From the NCBI GenBank assembly GCA_013265495.1, contig MU058781.1, positions 4,961,050-5,025,049 of the forward strand: a stretch of 64,000 nt of DNA. The letters run 5' to 3'. Shown piece by piece: positions 49,401 to 61,800 of this stretch. A program made the position numbers and the translations under genes. Below the pieces are notes generated by a model, which had not been told where the DNA came from, searched no databases, and was given only the letters and a program-made list of their open reading frames with translations. This stretch comes from Vicugna vicugna (taxonomy: Eukaryota). Within the stretch, counting starts at the first letter, position 1, and each line of letters begins with the position of its first letter.

Positions 49401-52400
49401 GTGAATTTAGGCAGACCGACAGGGGATAGGAGAGGTGTTCTGTTTGAAATTTAGGAGGAACAGTCTAAGAGACCAGCTGAGTAGAACGCAGATACTAGAA
49501 GAGACAGCACACCCATGGAATTTTCTCTAGAGGCAGTTGCCGGCTTTATTGGCCAGGAGCACATATTTTGATATAGTACTGGCTTTGGGTATCGAGGAGG
49601 ATAAATTCTAAGTAGGGCAAATGCAAAAGCCTGGGGTGATTTAGAGGTCACAGAATGAAAGGGGATTAACCTGCTAAAAAGCAATTAAGTAATCCTCCAA
49701 TTGCAAGGAACACTATGGCGCTAATAATGAACTTCCTTGAGCAAAATGAGAATGTGGTACATTGCACCATCTCTTTGGGGAGGAAAGCCCCCTGTCACAG
49801 TGGTACACAACTTTTTTTTGATGGATCCTTCTAAGAGGCGTTGTTTGCATCTTAATTTTTGAGAGAGGTAGCAGGGAAGGTGTGATCCGACGTGGTATTC
49901 TCACCACCTAGAGGGTATCGGTGGCCACCCTCACTTTTCTCCAAATCAGGCCGGCCGTATGTTCCTCATCTGCTTGGTCTTCCAGTAGAGTCTGTGTTAA
50001 CTTGGCTGAGTTATGCTGAGCAAGCAGTTTATTTGCCAGGATAGTTTATCAGGCTAGTTATGAGGAAACATGAAACCCTGGAATCCGTAAGTGCCGAGGA
50101 GGGGAGGGATGGATCCCCTCTAATTGCTCTGTGACCTTGATCAGTGGTTCAGAGTCTGAGACACTTTGCTCAGGGCTGGCCCCGCTCCAGGCCAGCTGGC
50201 CCTTGACCACACATCGCCCTCCCTGAAGATGAAGCGGGCCCCCTCGGCCTGCCAGTGACTGCCGGCGCGGATTCAGTATCCTTCTCACTCTAGTCTCTGG
50301 CCTTCCCCTTAGTTTCTGGAGAGTCCCTTAGTCTTTCTTGAAATCCATTTAGAGGTTGGTGGGGGGAAAAAACACTTGAAGTAGGGATAGTCCTGTTTGG
50401 TTTGCTGAGCGCTTTGCTGGCAGCAGTCAGCATTCAGGTATTCGATATCCATGTCCCAAAGGCATGGCCCTTCCCCTGTGTTTATGGCCTCTCTCAGGGT
50501 TTGTGGACCCTTTCGTGGTGAAGTGAGCACAGACGTTGGTGTTCAGACAGCCTCCCTGTGACCTTGATGAAGCTGATTTCTGGCTTGTTTCCAGCTCTGC
50601 TTCTGTGGGTAGAAGTTACGTAGGTTGAGCCCACGTGGCTGTTACGTGATGTGACGTGGGCAATCATTCATTGGTGGTGAAGAGATCCCGAGACCTGGTT
50701 GCGTTTGATTGGATGGTTGTTCTTGTATGTTTCAAACCACAGGAATAGACAGCACGGGGGAAAGACCCTATGGGGAGCATTTCAGCTGTTAATTAAAAGG
50801 TACTTGCTCCCTTTGCCGTCGGCTGGGTCAGCCCTCGAGCTGACATTGTTGGGAGGGAACGTAGCTCTCTTGCCAGGTCCCTCACTGCAGGGCTCTTGCA
50901 GACAGAACACGTGCCCTGACATGGGGTCAGCAGGCACACCTGGGAGCACATAACTGAAGAGGGGGCGCTGAGGTGACAGTCACGCCGTCACTTACTCCCT
51001 TGAAAAAGACTCTTAGGGGCTGCAGGTCTCCAACTCTCAGAAGGCATTGCTCTCCCGCCTGTTCCCAAGTTCCAGAAATTCTAACTTGAGTTCTTTGTGT
51101 TTCCATCCCGTCTCCCTGCCCACACCCCCCTTTCCTTGTCACCAATCCACTAACTTTCCCATTTAGGAAAGCAGATGGGAAACAAATCGCCTTTGCCCTT
51201 ACTTGTGGGACATAACAGCCTGTCCTGAGTTGTTTTTTCCCTGAAGTCACGTATCAGCTGAAATGTGGGTGTTCACAGTGCTTTTGTCTGTGTTCCTCCC
51301 AGGCTTTGAGGTCATCATGGCTTTTATTTTTGAAGACATTAAGCTCATTGTACGGGCAAGTAAACTGAGTCTCCTGACAGGTGAGCACATGACTGCCGAG
51401 CTGACGCTTCGTCTTGGATTCTGGGGTTCCAGCTAGAGTCCTTTTCGCCAATTGGCATCCTTTTTGGGGGGTGCATGTATTTATTGTAAGGAGGAGCAGT
51501 CCTAGGATGGGCGGCATTGCACAGACTCCTCCTTACCCCGTACGGAATAGAGGCTCCTGTTTGTTTGGCCTTAGGCTGGAGGGCTCTTCCCCAAGCCCTG
51601 CTGCGTGTACCCCTGGCGGTGCCAGAAATGACGTTAGCCCAGTGTTTAAAAATTTTATTGTAATATTAATTACCTTTAGGACACGTGATATTAATTTTCT
51701 TCTGATATAATAGAGATCAGCCATTGAAATCATGATGTCAGTCACTTTAAAGCAAATAGCATGTGAATGTGGTGCATAATCTTAGATCATACAGAAGTGG
51801 ACGAGGTTTGGGTAATCCTGTTGTAAGTTGTTCTTCCCTGGTCAGTTCTAAAGCCTGCCCCGAAAGAGAGGTTTTCATTTAGTGTGTGACAGTTGTCCCC
51901 CAGTCTTGGTGTTTACGCATTTGGGTGCGTGGGTGTGCAGGGTGAGTAGGGACATCTGGTCCGTCGGGGTGACTGGTGCCTGGATCAGTGTCTCGTACTT
52001 ACGTAGTGGGATTAACGAACCAAGGCAGTTGCAACCACTTTCCTCTGTGACTTTCCATTTCCGTGGGATGGATTTCTCTAACTCAGAAAGTCAGTAAATA
52101 ACTAACCCTCTGTACCCGTACCCAGTCACTACCAGAACACTTTGAAGTTTTGTTGTTTAATTTCGTATGATAGTAGGGGCTGATGCCTTTCCGTCTCTTT
52201 GTGTACACTAAAGACCAGTCATGCACACGCCAAATCAGGGGGACAGCCCGGAGTTTATTAGGTCAAGCTACAGCATTTGACTCCTCCGCTAAGTTGATGG
52301 AGCAGGGAATCCCTTTAGGGTCTTTCCAAAATAGAACCGAGCTATGTTTAGCTTGTTAAGATAAAGAACCGGTCAGGGGAGGGAAGATAATGAGAAAGAG

Positions 52401-55400
52401 GGCTTGTATGTGTACATGATTCATGGAGAAGAATCCAATTTTATAGAAACCACAGCCCAAATTAGAGAAAGCAAGCTTTTGGATTAAAATGATTTCTGTT
52501 GTGGTTGTAACATACCACAGTTTGATTTTTGTCCAGATGAAAACATTTGGTTTTCACTTCAGTAAATATTGTGGAGACATTGCCAGCTAATTCTGAAAAG
52601 TAATGAAATACGGCTTTGGCAAAGCGCAGATGCGTTCTGCACTCTCGATTCCACCGACTGATCCAAGTTCAGATTTTTTTTTCACGTTTGCTAATGCGCT
52701 TGAATAATCAGGAGAGAAAAATCTGCCTATAATTTTAATGGAAAACTGTATATACGAAGTACACGCGTAGAATTTATCTAGTATAACCCGTCCCTCCCCA
52801 TACCCTGTGCAATTCTTAAACCTAATATAACATTAAAAACATTCACCTTTCATTGATTACTGCTTTGAAACTACACAGTTTGTAGGGGGGATGTGTGATA
52901 TGATTCTGTGTGACAAGCCCGCTTCTCTTACTTGTTAATTAAGTCCCTCTCGTGGGGAGAGGCCCCCAGCCCCCACCCCCGGGTCGGGGCCTGGGAGCCC
53001 TTCCTGAGACCCCTTGTTTCCACCATCTCTGTAGTTTGCAGCAGAGCCCTGCCGCGGAAAGGGGAAGGTCTCTTTCTAGGAGGCTTTTCCGTGTTGTGTT
53101 TCCCGGCTGTTTCTCTCTTCCTGTTATTTTTGCCCTTGTGGCTCCATTCCCATTTTCCTGAATTCTGAGTCCCCAGTGAGCTTTTCACAAGTTTGCCTCT
53201 TCCCTGACTTTTGGAGGAAAGACGTTTCCCTAATACATTTTCTAAAAAGGAAGCTTCCTCTTATCATGCGTGAACCTATAAGTTGCAAATGACTTTTAAT
53301 GAAAATCTGAAAAACACATGCTATCATCTGTTTCAAATACTAAATATTAATTTAACTTTCAATTGACGTGGCATCGATGTGATTATATAATGTACCCATT
53401 CAGCCGTTTTATACTGAGGAATGTGGGATAATTCTCACATTCCTCCAGTGATAAATAGCCCCCAACCACTGTGTCCTCTATGTGCTTTAAAATATCCTTT
53501 CCGTCATCTTCTTTTGAGTCTAGCAGATTCCTCCTCCTCTAAACTTATTTATAAATTAGATAAGCAAGCTTGTGTCTAGGCCAAGAAGAAAGAAATACTC
53601 TCTGGTGAGTGTCTTAACTAGTCTTGGTTTCTCAGGTGCTTTTGATTTCCTTTTATGTGTTTGACGTTGTTCCAGGTGTTAGCATACGGCAGGCAGTGTT
53701 CATCTATCAGCTTCATTATGAAATATGAGGTGATCTTACTGATCTTGTCTCAGCACAAGAAAGAAGCTGCTTTTGCGTCTGTTTTGCCAATGCTGTGGGG
53801 AATGTTGGCCTGGCCTCTCCATGGCTTTCCAGAAGGACATGCCAGTGGAGTTCTAGAGGGATTTCCAGTAACTACATGGCGACAAGAGTTTCCGAATATA
53901 CAGTATTGGATTTAGTCTCTGCTACTTGCTGGAGTTTGTCTACATGGTCAGTGAGATGTCCAGGAATGCAGGTACCCAGTAAAGTCCCTGTTTCTTCTGG
54001 GGGAGAAGCTGATAGTTCAGGAGGTTACAGATTGGCGGTGGCTTCTTGAATGAAGAAGCCTAGAGAACGGTAAGGCCATCCCCAGGCTTGGGGAGAGTGC
54101 CATCGTGATGAGGGGCACCAGCCGGAGGGGAGAACTGGTAACAGGCCTAACTCTTGAGCCACAGGAATCTCTTGCTTCTGTTAGTAATTAACTAACCTCT
54201 CCACCCGAAGTTCATGATTACTGAGCATTCTTTACCTCCACTTAACCCTTCTCCCAGAAGTTTTCTCCCCTTTACTGTACGAGCCCCTCCATTCCCCATC
54301 TGGTTTGAGAATCTGCATTGATTGTTATTTTGTTGATACTTTAGGTCTGGACCATCACGCGAGTCACCTGATGAGAACCCAAGTCACCATTAGGGTGAGG
54401 GCAATCTGCTTCCAGCCCCCACATGTAGGAGACTTCATATCCTTTCCCACCTCTGACTGCAGAGCCAGTTCTTGAGAATGAGTCCCTCGGGAAACCCTAC
54501 CCACCCCCCGTCCCTTCTTCACTGGTTTTGTTTCCTGTTTCTCATTTCCCTTATATTAGCTTCTGACTGTTTTTTAGAATATCTAACAGGCTACATCAGG
54601 TTGTTTGTATTTGCTGAGAAGCTATTCAAGCAAATGCATTAATAAGATGGACGGTTTTCTGCTTTCGTTGAAGATACTAGCCTGTATGCTTTCTTCAGTG
54701 TATTAATGAAACTTGGATTCTGAACTGAACTTCTAAACATTTCCTCTATTTAGTTCTTTGAAACATAAACTTAGTGTTCACCCCAGTCTCAGAATCTTGG
54801 ATGTAAGGAATGGGATGCTTCTCGCATTGGGTTTGAGTTTCAAAAAATCCTCAACAGATCCTGTAGGTGGAACTTAATTCCTTGTTTGTTTCTCATGTGC
54901 TCCACTTGGGTTTTCCCTGATTCTCTTTGAGACATAGACTTACTTCCCACCCCCCCACCCCAAGTTACTCCCAAATGGCCTCAGTTGCAGAGTTCATTGC
55001 CTTTCTTCTAGGGGCTGGGAACAGGAAGGCTAGGGGGTGATGGCTTGCTTCCCAAAATTACATTCCTTCAATCCCGCTTCCCTCCGGCAGATGGCGGAGT
55101 TGGCTGCATGAGTCACCGCAGGGTCTGTGCAAACACCTGCTCCGGGCGGTGCTAACCCACGTCTCCTTTCAGCCGCTAGCCCCCGTGTCCAAGATAGTAT
55201 GCGTGAAGGCTTTTCTTTAAAAGAAATCAGGCATGGATATTTGTTCTGGAAGGAACTTGAAGATAATTTATTTACCCTATTCTTTCTCATTTTGCCGAAG
55301 CAAGAATTTTAATAACTGAGTCCATGGCTTCCAAGGGTTGACGTTCCCAGCTCTGTCTGTCTGATATGTCACCTTATGTCGTGTGACATGCTAGAATGTG

Positions 55401-57306
55401 CTGGAGTTTATGGTAAATTCTCCCCGCCTTTTTTTTTTTTTAAAAAAACTCAGAACCCATGTGGAGTGCTGAAATAAGGTTTCTTTTGCTTTTTCTTAAG
55501 TACTTATAAAGTTAAATTTAGGAAGGAAGACTCTAATAGTATTAGTGTCTTTGTTTGTGGAGGTTCTTGCGTCGTGCAAATGTGTGAGTGTTAAGTCCCG
55601 GCTGAAAACTTCAAATTAGGAAGGAAGCTAACAAGGGTGGTGTCTCCTCCATTTCTAGTCAATCTTGTAGCAACTGTAAAGCCACTTAGAACAAGAGTAA
55701 ATATGATGTTCCAGTGGAAATACAGTAAGGAATTTCCTTCTCTCTCTCTCTTTTTTAAATTTCATCTGTAACTTCTGTTTGATTAGATTATTTCCCCTGA
55801 AGCCTGTCAGGTTTAAGAACCTTCCTCCTTTTGGGAACCTGCTTCTGACTGGAAGTGATCAAAGGGGAAAAGACAGAGGAGATGGCGTTTGTCAGAGTGT
55901 GTTCAATCCTGTTATCCACTGAGGGTCTTCGTGCCAGATACATCCCTTTGGAGTTTCATTTCCACCTGATGAGAGCACGATGCACGTAACCTGCGGGGTT
56001 ATGCCGTCGGCGGGCCATGGCTCTGACAAGAGGAAGGGGAGCGGAGGCACCTGCTTTGTCTTCGCGTTTCTGTGTTGGCGACTTGCGCTCTCTGATGCTG
56101 CTTGTCCATTTCCATCTCCTTGTTGGAGCAAGTAGCCCCCAAATTGGACAGGGATGTTTTAGCCATTGTGGTTGAAGTTTGAGATCTCCATTTGGGAAGG
56201 AGAGCAAATTTGGTTACTTGAATCTTGACTGTTGTTTTTGGAGTGTTTGCTCCTTCACAGGAAAGTGGGCTAGAGAAGAGACTTTGACATTTATTAGTTT
56301 TCCTGTTACTTTGGTAGTAGCTCTCCTCAAGATACTTTGTGGGAAGGAAGATTGAAGTTGCTGCCAGAAGATAATATGACCCCCCCCGCCCCCATTTCAA
56401 CAGCCTTTGGTCTCAATATACCTATGAATTGACTGGTCTCTTTGTGAATTGTCATGATTTGATAAGAAAGAACTGCATTGTGCTTCTTTGTAATCTTGAG
56501 CTTAGTCTCTGGTGTTACTGTTCTGTCTTAAGTTCAGAAACTAAAGCATTTGGGGATGAAGAGGTCAAGGTGTAAAAGGAGTGAGGAGTGTGAGTTCTGT
56601 GAGGAGATTTTGGTTTTTAATCAAGCCCTTTTGGTTATTCTTAAGCAGGAATTTATATTAATAATTTTAGATGCTATTAACCTGATCATAATATCAAAGT
56701 AGCTTCCAAATACATTCTGAGTTCGGGGAATCCGTACCTGTCATTCACCCCATGTGACTCTGGCACAGTTTCTTCATATCAGGAGGTGTTAGAGTCTATT
56801 TTTACTCCTTGCTTCTCTGTGATTGTCTTTTCTTTCATTTGAAACTCATTTGCTTACATTCATATTTTTTAAGTCTAGTAAGTTTAAGTCATACCCTGGA
56901 ATAGTCTCTCATCCTTGACACTGTGGTTAGATGTGTTTATTTTATTGATTTTTCTCTCTCAATTCAATCTTTGGTGGCCCCCCTCCCCACACCGCATACC
57001 CGCTTCTCAAGAGCTATTGAAATGAGATTTTCAAAATTTTGATTTGTTATGTTTTGTGAATGGCATCATCCCCCTGCTGGGGGATTTTGCTTGAAATCTG
57101 TTACAAGGACACAGATGGAGTTATATTTCCTGGGGGATGTTTGAAAAATAAATTAAAAATGGCAGTAGAGATGAATAGCTTTGTTTATCTCCTCACTCAT
57201 GAGGATTTAAGTTTGTAACGTAATAAGTGGCTCCATTTGAAGTGCTCCTTCTGGAAGGGGTGATGATCCAGGCCTGTGTTTATGTGCCTCCTTTTAAATC
57301 CACCAG

Positions 57307-57483
57307 GTTCTCCTGCGCTGCCCAACAGCATGGTATATTTCGGAAGCTCTCAGGACGAGGAGGACGTCGAGGAGGAAGATGATGAGACAGAAGACGTCAA
57401 AACAGCCACCAACAACGCTTCATCTTCATGCCAGTCAACCCCCAGGAAAGGAAAAACCCACAAGCATGTTCACAACGGACATG
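57307..57483 (+). CDS. JARID2: JARID2 coding exon (human exon 5 equivalent, about aa 165-224): [59 protein letters not shown]
   Basis: Acceptor ccttttaaatccaccag| and donor |gtaggt; 177 nt, phase 1 to phase 1; recognised JARID2 peptide with acidic tract. Confidence 0.97.
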
Positions 57484-58793
57484 GTAGGTCCACTGTTGAA
57501 TCTGTGTTAAAGATAAGATCCAAAGCTTTGAGTGAAAGCTGGAATAGACCAGGTATTGAGAAGATGTTGAAGGCTGCGTGGCTGGTTGGTGGCAAAGCTA
57601 GTTTCGGATACTTAAGTGCCAGGCACTTAAAAACCAGAGAGATTGGTCCAGTCAGGTGTATTCCAGACAAGAGGACTGTTAGGATAGGCATGCACATTTT
57701 TATGTTTGTGGAGATGGTAAATTCGGGAGAGGAAAGCATCACATCTGAGCAGGGACAGTTAAGATGATCTCATCAAGAGGCTGTTGTGGTCAGCTTACTG
57801 TTGTGATTTACCAGGCGTAGACAGTGTGGGAGGGAAAGTGTTACCCACTCAGCATGTGAAATCAGGTAAATGCATATGTATTATGATTCTAGACTGATTT
57901 TTTTCCCCCATGAGTGTTGAGTGTGGGGGAGGATGTAACCCAGAAAGCAGGAGCAAAAAGTTGCATTTGAGAGAGAGAAAAGTGTAAATTAGTTGGCCAT
58001 GGAACGTGCCCAGTGCTTTTTCAACAGGGAGGTGACTTAACAGGAGTTACCTTCTGAAAAGATGAAGCTGGCATTGATGATGAGAGTTTCATGAAGGGAA
58101 ATGACTTGAACAAGAGGAAATGCATTGAAAGGCTGTAATTGTAGGCAGTTGCTTTGCCATAGGGAACAAGGGACCAAAACGTGGTTGTGGTGATGTAATA
58201 GGAAGACGTAAGAGCGAAAACCTGGAGGTAGATTGAGGAATACTGCAGGGGGCAGGGTTGAGACAACTTGATGATGGATTGGATTAGCATCGGGTAGGGG
58301 AAAGAAAGTGAGAGGAGAAAAGTGAGAGGAAAGAGGAGAGTTGAAGCAAGGGGAGAGATGATGGCATTTTTCTGTGAACTCTTCCCAGGTTCTCTGCTAG
58401 GAATCACATTTCCCTTGGGACTCATAGCGACCCTAGGAGGCAGAGTGTCCCTGTGCACAAATGGCAGAAAACCAGTGCTGGCAATAAGTGGTTGAGGCAA
58501 AGGAAAGCTGCTCATTTCTTATTTCTCCCCCTTGACGGTGCACTGAGCGACCACTTGTGTGTGTGTCTGGGCTCAGGGGGAAACGGAGATGCAGGCAGGC
58601 CTCGCGTAGAAGTGACGGCGCCTGCGTCTCGCCTGCACCGTCGTCGGGCAGTTCTGCCCTGTCAGTGGAGTGATTGTTCGCCTGTCCTGCGTCTTGCTGG
58701 GGGCTGTGTTCAGGTGGCATGGACACCTGGTAAAGACTGACCCCATTTCTAAGGACCTTACAGTCTATTAGGGAAATGAGGTTAATAATCCCA

Positions 58794-58850
58794 GTACGTA
58801 ACTCTTTCTCAGCCTCGGGCTCCTCATCTGTAAAGCAGGGATTAAGTGAA
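58794..58850 (+). mobile_element. MIR core fragment
   Basis: 'taactctttctcagcctcgggctcctcatctgtaaagcagggatt'. Confidence 0.55.
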
Positions 58851-61800
58851 GCATTTGTGTGGCCCCGTTGTTAGCCGTGTGTGTAGACATGTTCCCAGTT
58901 AAGTGGTGGCTTCTCTGATTTCATCTTACTAGGGGATCTCTCAGAAATCTTTGTGAGAGGGAGGTTGGAGGGCTGTTTTCCATGAGTAGGCAATAAAAAT
59001 ATGAGTGCTTTCAGAATGTGTTCACGTACATTGTCTCTTGATTCCGTCTGCAGCAGAGTCATTCAGAGGTGTCAGGGCAGGAGGGGTTTCTTGCCTTACA
59101 GTTGAAGAACTGGGAGATCTGATGTCTTGTACCCATCACCAAAAGTGGCAGATTGCAGCCAGGAGTCAAGAGTTTTGAAATGCCCCAACCCTGGGGACCA
59201 TCCTGTTGTAAGGATGAGGGCGTGAACAGCTGTGCTTTGCGATGGGTAGAGTCTGTGCTGTGGTGGTGGAGTCACTGCTCTTGATCTGGTGGACAGTGTC
59301 AGAAGGCCAGCGCCACGGGCCACTGCCCGGGGTGGACAGCTCTGCTGGTGGGGTCTCCATGTTTGCTGTTGCCACGTGGCTTTCATGTCTTTGGAAGCCA
59401 GCCAGTAAAACCCCACAGGATGGCAGTGCTTCTGTGTGAGTCAGTGGAGGGAGTGGGCTGAAGCCAGCTCAGAAATGCACAGGCTGTTAGGAAAGCCCCT
59501 CCAATTTCAAGTGACCCAGAATTAGGTTGAAAAAGAGAAGTCAGCTTTGGAGAAGGGCGATTGCAGCCTCAGATTCACGGAGCGCTCAGTCCCTGGTCAG
59601 CTGAGCTTACTCACCTGCTCTGTTCTCCGTCTTCTGTTGTATGAAGAAGGCAGATGACAAGGAAATACACTGCCATAGGCAGTTTATTGAAACGAGACTC
59701 ACTGATGCTGTGGATTGTGTGCCCCGGCGGGAGGATGTAAGGATATTCCTGAAGGTACAATTTCCAACAGCAGAGAAAGGAGTTACTGAATATTAGAAGC
59801 CCGTCAACCAAAAGTGGTGAAACTGAAATGTAGTCATCTTTGAAAACCGAACATTCAGCTATGGAATGTTGCTCCTTTCTCAACCACTCTCAGATAATTG
59901 AAACTGTATTGTAACACTAAGTTGCCCAACACACTTTGGTCTGTCTTTTTTTTTTTTTCCTGTTTGGATCCTATAAAGGTCGTTATCAGCATCGGCATCG
60001 AATAGTCATCAGGAGCTTCGTTTCCTGCCCCTCTTCAGGCTTAATTAGCTGTGTCTTCCTGGGTAGGCATTTATAGCTCTGATTCTTAATTTCCCCTTTT
60101 ATGAAAAGAGCAGGATGGAGTGGGTGGGCACTCATCTGTTCTTCCTTCATTTACATCGCAGAATAAGGAGATAACTACTGTGTGTGTGTCGTGTGCAGGA
60201 ATGTGTACCATTGAGACCTCCTGCCGTGGGTGATGGGCACTGCTGCGTGTTCAGCGGAAGTGGCTTTTCCAGGAGTACAGGGTTAGCTGGGGGAAGATCC
60301 CTAACTAAAATTTTGTTCCTGGAATCCTGCCCCCCCCCCAAGACAGGAGTACCTTTTCCAGATTAAAAACATCAATATCCCACCCTGTTTACATCTCCTT
60401 CCCGTTCCCCTCTGTGCTTTGACTCCTTGCCCCTGTTACTGCCTGCTGGGGACTTGGCAGCTGCTGTCTCCTGCACAGTGTGAGGCAGTGGACCCAGGAC
60501 TCCAGGGTTTACACAAGACTCCGCTGTACGGTCAGGCTGGGATCACTGAGGACTCTGTTTCCACTGTTAAAAAAACACATGTCAAACATTGGTGCAGTTC
60601 CCATGGCAGCTGAAAGTTGTCTCCCAGCTTTGTTCTTACTGAGACCCATTTGTTTGTAACTACAGAGCAGGATTCCGCGTAACGGGACTTCATTATGGGT
60701 AGCCATCAGTTATAAAAGCGGATGTTTGTTTACATGTGACATGCGACAGTGGAAGGAAACAGATATTCCTGAAGAGGATGCACTTGTAGCAAAGTTCTGT
60801 GTGTGAGGATAGAGGGTGTTGGCCTGGCACTGGGCCCGTGGCGTTGTGTGTTAACGCAGTGGATAGATGGTGAGTGCATGAGAACTGCTCGGGCTCAGCC
60901 GGCACCTGTTGCTGCCGCCGCCGCTGTGGTTTCTTCTGCCTGGAGTTCAGAGGGGGCCTCCTTTGGGTTCAGAAAATTGCACTTTTCCGGCTCAGGTCCT
61001 GAGGGCACCTGCAGGGTTCCTGGCTTGATTAGATTTGCAAGGCTCTGAGGCCCCCTTGCTTCCCGATGAACAGCAGGCTGGTTCAGGGTGCCCAAGCCGT
61101 GAGGCCGACCAGGTAGACCTACTGCTCCCGGGAATGGGTTGGAGGGCCTGCCGGGTGACACCTGCGGCATTGGGAGGCCAGTGGTGCTCTTGTCCTGCTT
61201 CTGTGCTCCTCCCAACCCTTCTCCAGCCCCCATCCCCGGGTTTTACAGGGCACTTGGTGACCGCGAGCAGGGAACCATGCCTGAGCTCTCTGCCTGGTGG
61301 AAAGAAGAGGTCGGGGACGGTTTGTGAACGAGATGAGTGTGTTCCTTTACCCGCCCTTGTCTTCAGTTTGATTGACTGATCCTTGCCCAGTTTTACTCCC
61401 TCGTTTTCCAAAAAGTGCAGTCCAGAGACTGATCATCTCTGTTTCCTTTTGGTTTCTGACTTGGGGGAAGATGTCCAAGTGTTAGATTTTCTAAGAGGAC
61501 AAACCTGGGCGGGGCCATCATCACACTGTGGTCAAGCGGAATTGTGGACTTTTACACGTGAGAGAGCGGAAGGCAGGCTGATTTCTTTGTTCTTCGTGAC
61601 ACGGGAGTTCTGTTGTCAGGTGGGGCCTTTCCCTCCCTCGTATGCTGGGGGCGCCGAGGGTGTGGGGAAATCCAGCAGCACCTGAACCCTCCCCAGGAGT
61701 GTCACCTGCACTGAAATGTGGGGAAATAAATGCACAGAAGACAAAATGTGGAAAACTAGCGCTTTACTGCTGGGGTAGTAGCTTTGGCCCAGATCCCTGA

